NCBI GenBank assembly: GCA_001662655.1
Contig: KV460266.1
Reading direction: 5' to 3' (one strand)
Source: Pseudogymnoascus verrucosus
Taxonomy: Eukaryota
DNA length: 64,000 bases
The notes under the pieces were generated by a model that saw nothing but the letters and a program-made list of their open reading frames with translations, ran no database searches and was not told the DNA's origin. Below, piece by piece: positions 61,145 through 64,000 of this stretch. The position numbers were made by a program, and so were the translations under genes. Every line of letters starts with the position of its first letter. Position 1 is the first letter of the stretch.

Positions 61145-64000
61145 ATGGAGGCTGTTGGTGCTATTGGCAGTATTGTCCAGATATTGGATGCAACGGCCAA
61201 GTTGATCGATTATCTGAAGGATGTTCGCGCCGCAGAGAAGCAGATCTTAAGTGTCCAGGCTGAGATTGAAGTTATTCGCTACATTTTATATGCTATCAAC
61301 ACATCGGTCGACGAAAATCCAAAGACATTTCATGTAACATTAACAGTCATTGGTGCGGAAGACGGGGTCCTTTACGAATTTAACACGTTCCTCGTCAGCT
61401 TCAAAGAGAAGTTAGTGGCGAAACCAGGAAGGAAATTACTATGGCCTTTTGACAAAGCCCGCATAAAACAGGACCTTGAAAAGATACAAAGATACAAGAC
61501 CATTCTTATTTGTGCTCTTCTAAATGATTCCATGTTCGTATGCCATTTCTTCTTCGAGCGTGCTGGCTCGTCAATCATTACATTGGTGTTTCTCATTTTC
61601 AATCACTGAAACCACACGATTTATAAAAACCGTAGCTGATATAAAACCTTATTTAGATTATTAACGAAGAAGATTAAAGATGGGGTCGACATAATTAAAC
61701 ATGGTGTTGAAGAGATTACCCATGGTGTTGATAGCATATCGACGGCACTCGAACAACAAAAAAAGCATGATGTTCTGGAGTGGTTATCTCCATCGCGGCG
61801 GATTGACTTTTCTCAACAACAAGCAGCACTTACCGCTAAAAAGGCCAAAAACACTGGACGATGGCTAATAGAGTCCGAGCAATTCAGGCTATGGCTAGAT
61901 GGAAAACAAGACTCGATAATTCTGAAGGGTGGCGGTGGCATGGGCAAGACAATGCTGGCGAGCACGGCCATCGAGCATCTCGCAACTCTCACTGCAACCA
62001 GGCCAGAGAAAAGTGCAGTAGCATATATATTTGGAAACTGGGCTCACGCTGATAAATTGAACGCCCAAAATTTACTTGCGAGTCTGCTGAAGCAGCTTCT
62101 TTCAGCGAAGGGTATCAAACTGCCAGAGACGTTAGAGGAGCTGCACTCCTCTAAAAACTATCCTACTTACTCCCAGCTATGTCGCCTGTTTCAATTGGAA
62201 GCCGAAAGGTTCTCAAAGACTTTTATTGTTATCGATGCACTCAATGAACTTGACGAAGAGACTCAGGATAAGTTACTGAAGTTTCTCAGTGAGTTGCAAA
62301 TCAGCTTTGCAATAAAGTTGATGGTAACGACTCGGGATCCGTATCGAATTTTGCAGTATATCACATCGGCCACGCAGCTTGATATTCGAGCAACTAGAGA
62401 AGATCTTAACCTGTGGATGGACGAAAGTCTGAGGGCGTTACCACCTGGCTGTTTTGTTGCTAAGTCGCCGCTTGAAACCCACCAAAAAATTAAGGCCACA
62501 CTAGCGCAGGCTGCCGACGGCATGTGAGTTCAATGACGCCTCTCGCGGGAAACTACAGACTGTATATGGAAGCTCATCACTTAAACAGGTTCCTTTTGGC
62601 AAAACTCAGTATGAGTGCTATTTCGAAGGTTCCGAACCGCAAAAAGCTTAATCAGGCTTTAGAGTCTATAGCAAGCGGTGGCTATTCGTTGGATGATGGA
62701 TACAATGATACCATGAAACGCCTAAAGGCTCAATCCAGCGGAATGCCGACCGATTCGATCATATTACTATCTTTCGTAACCCATGCTTCTAGAGAACTCA
62801 CAGTCTCAGAGCTAGAGCACGCCCTGGCAATTGAAGTCGACGAGTCATCCTTTGACACAGACAATATTTCAGACTTGAGAGAAGCGATTGATTCATGTAG
62901 TGGACTCCTTGAGATTGACCCCGAAGACCAAAAGGTCATGCTGGTCCACCGTAAGTTTATCTCTCTCTAGTCGCCTATGTTATATACTGACAATTATAAG
63001 ACACCGCCAAGGAGTACTTTGATCGTACGAAAGAAACTCATTTCCCTGACGCAAGCGCAATGATTACTGAGAGGTGTCTCGCATATCTTTCTGACGGCAA
63101 TCTAACGGGTCCATGTCAATCTTATGAAAGCTACAGTTTGAGAGTAGCGTCCTTCCCATTTTTAGAGTACGCCGCTCAAAACTGGGGATTTCATGCTTCC
63201 CAAGGAGAAGTTCAGAGGACTCTAAGTGCAAATATTTTGGCCTTCCTACGCAAGACATCTAATGTCGCGTGTTCTGCTCAGGCACTGCTTCAGTCTCCGG
63301 ACCACCGGTGGTATGTGCATGGATCAATTGAGCCGCAGATATCCCAGGGCATCTCAGGACTTCACATCTGTGCATGGTTTGGACTTCTCCTTACAGCAAC
63401 TCAACTCATCGAAGAGGAAGTAGATGTGAATATTGCCGACCATAATCAAAGGGGTCCCTTGTGGTATGCCGTTTACAACAGGAAGAAAGAAGCCGTCACG
63501 TTGTTGCTGAAAAATGGGGCAGAGATTTCAACTGACGGGCCTCTATTGCCAGTTTTTGAAGAATGTGTCAGAAGCAGCGACCCAGAAATTGTCAAGCTTT
63601 TGGGCGGCTTTCAGAACTACAACGCAGATTGCTGCAGCGATATGCTGAAGCTCGCGGCCCAGAATCCTCACTATGGAGCCGGCATGGCGGAGCTGGTGCT
63701 CGATTCATACCCCAACGTTCTAATGAAGGAAATATACGAAGAGTTCATACTATCGAGTGTGGCCAACCACTTGTGTGCGAAGTCCATCCTTAGCATGCTC
63801 ATCAATCGTGGATGGAAGATTCCTATCGATCTGAATATAATAAGAGTCCTGTCAAATGACATCTCATCCGGTGCAGATATTCTTAAATGTTTATTAGCTC
63901 AGGGTGGTATTAAGCTCGATGCTTCTATTTTTGAGGCTGCAGCTAGTGGGATGTCAAGCGATGTTATGGGAGAACTCCTGGATTATCAGCCAGGATTTAA
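61145..64000 (+). CDS. NLR-like protein: SesA/HeLo-like N-terminal domain, NACHT, ankyrin repeats (3' truncated by window end)
   Basis: N-terminal LLWPF..I...L..IQRYK; NTGRWL; Walker A GGGGMGKT; Walker B FIVIDALNE; ADGMFLLAKL; ankyrin DVNIADHNQRGPLWYA. Confidence 0.9.

Overview
Intron-rich filamentous ascomycete (Pezizomycotina) DNA in three zones. (1) Positions 1-26.67 kb form an accessory island with no housekeeping genes. It holds a velvet-like gene, a DUF2841 gene directly followed by a spliced Zn2Cys6 / FKBP-like / C2H2-array gene, an NDT80-type factor, a protein kinase, a PD-(D/E)XK nuclease-like gene, two tandem F-box-like paralogs, a repeat-rich orphan and a ~91-bp non-coding array. 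The island ends at an intact tRNA-Asp(GTC) gene and, 150 bp further on, an inverted 5' half of the same tRNA broken inside its intron. The best reading (inference) is the distal end of a large Starship-like element that inserted into a host tRNA-Asp gene and carries its own intact copy. No captain recombinase is present in the window. (2) Positions 27-42 kb hold Hsp110 (SSE1/hsp88), then a laccase, MFS transporter, frameshifted oxaloacetate acetylhydrolase and AflR-like regulator, with no backbone enzyme. (3) Positions 42.6-64 kb are compact core genes (eIF5B, MMS1/thermotolerance-like, TBC Rab-GAP, ubiquitin-L40, RRN7, eIF5A, VPS52), followed by a NACHT-ankyrin NLR-like gene running off the end. 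Exon boundaries and domain calls were made by eye, without database searches.
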